Shown piece after piece: positions 47,515-51,238 of a stretch of 51,238 nt of DNA; position 1 is the stretch's first letter, and the number at the start of each line of letters is the position of its first letter. The notes beneath the pieces were generated by a model that was given only the letters and a program-made list of their open reading frames with translations, did not search any database and was not told the origin of the DNA. Source of the DNA: Octopus bimaculoides (taxonomy: Eukaryota); the NCBI RefSeq assembly GCF_001194135.2, contig NC_069001.1:20809748-20860985 (forward strand), written 5' to 3'. Both the position numbers and the translations under genes were made by a program.

Positions 47515-47609
47515 GGACTGATGAGTCAGCAATAATTTTTATCATAAGTAAAAGAACTAATAATCAAAGGCAGCAAATTGCCCAGATGTTCAAGACAATG
47601 TATGGAAAG
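47515..47609 (+). CDS. ANXA7: Annexin gene exon (95 nt, phase 1-0), repeat 1
   Basis: attctttatttcag|GG ACT GAT GAG...GGA AAG|gtaaca. (G)TDESAIIFIISKRTNNQRQQIAQMFKTMYGK. Size and boundaries match the conserved 95-nt annexin exon. Confidence 0.97.
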
Positions 47610-47704
47610 GTAACAACTTTTAGTGATCTTTAAGCTTTAGTCTCCTCTTAAATCTTCACTAATTCTTATAAGCCTTTCTCTTTATTTTGACCTAAGTCTA
47701 TACA

Positions 47705-47922
47705 CTCATGGTTCTCAACTAGAGTCCATATAAGATTTTGTTGTTAAAATTTATCTGCAATAAATTGGTTATACTTCTACAATACACAAAATATTTTAAC
47801 AATTTTTTTTGATACAATTCCTAATAATATTTAATTATAAAAATATAAAAGGATCTTTTAAACATTGAATCACTATGAGGGTCCACCTGAGTTAAACAGG
47901 AAACAAGGGTTGAGAACCACTG
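47705..47922. mobile_element. hAT (Charlie-like) MITE
   Basis: Terminal inverted repeats catggttctcaac / gttgagaaccactg (CAGTGGTTCTCAAC type), TA-rich flanks. Confidence 0.65.
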
Positions 47923-48270
47923 TTATATAGAGATGTCTTCAGCAGCCCATAAATCAAATTGCTTTCAATTCTTTCAGTGGTGCATAAATCCCATGCACAG
48001 TTATCTTCTGCAGGCTCTGATACAACTCCAATGGGGCTGACAACAGTTTTATGTTTGTATCAAAAGCAAGACATTTCATTGATATGCTTAGATTCTTTTC
48101 TGAAGTAATTGAAAGGTGTTTCATTAAATTCATACTTAAAGGAAAGGTAAAGGACAGAAATTCCTCTGCTTGTTGCATTGACAATTTACTTCAAAAGTAT
48201 TCCTTTTCAATTGCTACATTTAGACTGAAAGAATTAAATCATGTATCTTTTTTTCTTTTTTTTTTTCAAG

Positions 48271-48384
48271 GATTTGATAAAGGATCTGAAATCTGAATTA
48301 AGTGGGAATTTTGAGAATGTTGTCTTAGCCATGTTCAAAACTCCGGCATATTTTGACGCCTGGTCCTTACATGAATCTATTTCG
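48271..48384 (+). CDS. ANXA7: Annexin gene exon (114 nt, phase 0-0), end of repeat 1 and start of repeat 2
   Basis: Poly-T tract caag|GAT...TCG|gtaagc. [38 protein letters not shown] resembles ANXA7 ([17 protein letters not shown]) and ANXA11 (SGNFE..KTP..FD). Matches the conserved 114-nt exon. The next GxGT exon was not found before 51238. Confidence 0.97.
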
Positions 48385-48584
48385 GTAAGCTATGAAGAAA
48401 AGTGCAAATATCATACATTTTGTTTTTAATGGTGAATATCTAGTTTTGCATGATGTAGGAAATAAAAAAAGAACTCTTACTGGTTCTGTTTTCTGATATT
48501 TTTCACATTTCTCCTTCTCCAAATCAATAAGCAGATAGAAATTATTTTATTCATTGAAACAAAAATTTACAATTGTTTTGTATC

Positions 48585-48955
48585 CACCTATCTATCTTCT
48601 CTGTCCTGGGCAGGTTGTGGGACTAGAGTCCTCAGGCACCCTCTCTATAAGATCCTATCAGATGCAACAGTTATCACACTTTCTGGCTGGGTTCCCAAAT
48701 GTGAGCAACTGAGATTATGGATGTTATCCAACCATCTTGTTCTTGATCTATCCCTAGATCTCTTGCAGGTTGACTTGGTTTTAAGAGTTTGTCTCACAAT
48801 TCTTTTTTAAGACATTCTAATCAAATGTCAGCAGTTCCAGAACTGTGACCTCTTGATGTGGAAAAGTAGCAGCTTGACCTCTGATCGTTGAGCTATGCAT
48901 CTTGTCAAGTAATGTTACTCCAATGCTCCATCAGAGGAACCTCCTTTTGGTCACT
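48585..48955 (-). mobile_element. Expander/RTE-type LINE 3' fragment, copy 2
   Basis: Reverse complement is colinear with 41950-42300 (ggagtaacatta..., atccata.tctca...ttggga, ctgatagg). Confidence 0.72.
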
Positions 48956-49235
48956 ATTAATTGTGATTAAACTCTTTTGGTCATTACCTAATATTAATGA
49001 TCAAAAGTCAGGATAGCATGAAAATTGAAGATAGCAAGTTTGGCTTTTTTATGATCCTCTTTGATATAAATCTTAAAATTCCAATCTAAATTGAAATTAT
49101 TTGAAAAACTGAGAAGCAATCAGATAATCATATAATTTCATTTTTTTTTTTTTTACTTCCGTTGAAATGTGAGAAATCTTTTGCAGAAAGGTTAAAGGAT
49201 GAAAAATATATTGATTCCTTTTCCATAAAGTCATT

Positions 49236-49565
49236 GTCATGACACTCTGTTGGTTATGACAACGAGGGGTCCAGTTGATCCAATGAATGGAACAGCCTGC
49301 TTGGGAAATTAACATGCAAGTAGCTGAGCACTCCACAGACACGTGTACCCTTAATGTAGTTCTCGGAGAGATTCAGCGTGATACAGAGTGTGACAAGCCT
49401 GGCCCTTTGAAGTACAGGTACAACAGAAACAGGAAGAAAGAGAGCCTCGTGAAACGTAAGGTGTTTTTGCTCAGTAAACACTCACAATGCCCGGTCTGGG
49501 AATTGAAACCGTGATCTTATGAACGCGAGTCCGCTGCCCTAACCACTGGGCCATTGTGCTCCACA
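49236..49565 (-). mobile_element. tRNA-SINE family B, near full-length
   Basis: Reverse strand head tggcccagtggttagggcagcggactc...ggtttcaattccc with A/B boxes. Body shared with 44791-45060. Confidence 0.82.
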
Positions 49566-51203
49566 TAAAGTCATAAACGTATTGAGAAGAGAGACATAGT
49601 CAATTTAATTGACTTTTGTATAACCCTGCAAAGATTAAATGTAAAGTTAATCCTGCCCTAAGTCTCTCAACAAAAAAATATATAAATAATTCCTGGAATG
49701 CATTTTGTCCATCATGCTACTGTTTCTCCAACTTGCCATATTTTAAAGATGTTTTACTAAGTTAATATTTGAAAAATATCATTCAAAATGAGTTATTCAC
49801 AAAGTAATGTTATTGATTAACCATACGTTAGCTTGATCAAGCAGATTCATGATCAATGGCTTTCCATTTGTGACCAGTTTATCTTTTTGTATATCTAAGA
49901 CTACTTTGGTCAATATATATTTTCACAAAGGGGTGTGATTTGTGAGAGATTTGCCTACTATTTCTAGCAGTTTGAGTGGTTGTTTAGCAAATCTATCATT
50001 AATTCATTCACAATCTGATTATATGATGTGTTGACATCAGTGAAATGTTTGAGTTAAAAATTATTGACATTCCTTTTACAGTATCTGCAACATTGATATA
50101 AAAAACAAAATGAGTATAATCTTTGCTTCAGTCTTCTTTTCTTATAGCTATTGTGATATAGTAATCTTCTGCTTGCTCTATTCTGGAAGCCACTGTACTG
50201 TTATATTTGATTAGAAAAATTATATTTGCTAAGAAAAACATAACTGCACAGTGACTTTCCAGACACCCTTTATCTTAATGTCAATGAATATCCAAAGCAT
50301 CTCTGACAGCAAACATGGCTATATATTTTACATATTTTAAGTTAGAATTTTCTTTAAGATTGAACTTTGTCTATGCCATTGATAAAAGCAATCTTTCTCA
50401 CTTTTGTTTATAATTTCCTTTTAACGTAGGTAAGTTATACTTGAAGATTTAAGAATATCTAGGGTTAGATTTCTTATTACTGTGATGTTTCTGTTTCTAA
50501 GCTGGTCCTTAGCTACATTTGTTTTCTTAATGCACTGAGTGATTATGAATGCTAGTGTTAACAAGCTGGACTCACCCACCCCAAACAAAAATTTCAGCAA
50601 AAATTCTTTGACAGTTTTGTGATAAAGCAAGTGAAGGTACCTCCAAACAGCCTTATGAGCATCCTTTAGGCCCTATCATCTTGCATCTTTGCTTGTAGGC
50701 AATCAAGCAGTTCAATTGAGGAATGCACAGATTCTTCTATCATCATTATAAACAATTCTTTGTGCAGGCTTTACTCTTCCCTTCTGTTCCATATCTCAAG
50801 TACTACAGCATTGAGTAACATGTAGTGGGATCAACTGTTGGTGCAGGGGGACTTTTGAGTGGAACTTTTTAGAAAAAAGTGTGGCTTGTATGCCAGGAAA
50901 TACAGTTTATATATATAGACACATGCACACATTTAATATATATATACATATATATATATATAGACACATGCACACATTTAATATATATATATATATTATA
51001 TATAATGTAACCACATGTGTATCATCTTCTCTTCCTTTGGACTTTCCTCTATATCTGACGAAGAGCTTGGCTTGAAGTGTTAAATCCTCTTTCCTTCCTT
51101 TCCTGAGCATCTGATAATACAGTACTTGTACCACATCCTCGCATTATTGTTTTTTCTTGTTTGGATTCCTTATTTAAAAATGTATGTATGTATCTATATA
51201 TGG

Positions 51204-51238
<35 letters not shown>

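Noticed and set aside
50838-50875. GGTGCAGGG as the next annexin GxGT exon
   Set aside because: No AG acceptor in the right position, and the translation (GAGGLLSGT) does not continue as annexin repeat 2.

Overview
AT-rich, microsatellite-dense animal genomic DNA with five N-gaps. The repeat complement and (TA)n/(CA)n load suggest a coleoid cephalopod such as Octopus (inference). One host gene is visible: five + strand coding exons (35904-36254, 39480-39502, 45197-45335, 47515-47609, 48271-48384) of an annexin A7/A11-like gene. They splice in frame and encode a Gly/Tyr/Pro/Gln-rich N-terminus with nine 27-bp repeats, a 23-nt microexon, annexin repeat 1 and the start of repeat 2. The start-codon exon was not identified and the 3' exons lie beyond the window. 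The rest is mostly decayed mobile DNA: six copies of an RTE LINE with a PHD-type finger inside its RT, other RTE-, CR1/L2- and Expander-like LINEs, three Penelope-like (PLE) fragments, a Gypsy remnant, Tigger/pogo, mariner and DD37D elements, several MITEs, two tRNA-SINE families and a ~174-bp satellite. The most interesting signals are RNA-level. (i) A PLE terminal module couples a tRNA-like Pol III promoter to a minimal hammerhead ribozyme and occurs twice as a stand-alone fold-back. (ii) A second hammerhead family sits at 8351-8398. (iii) A head-to-head pair of tRNA-like cloverleaves lies at 24948-25210. (iv) A near-perfect 101-bp palindrome lies at 27931-28031. Translations, alignments and folds were done by eye; repeat boundaries are approximate.
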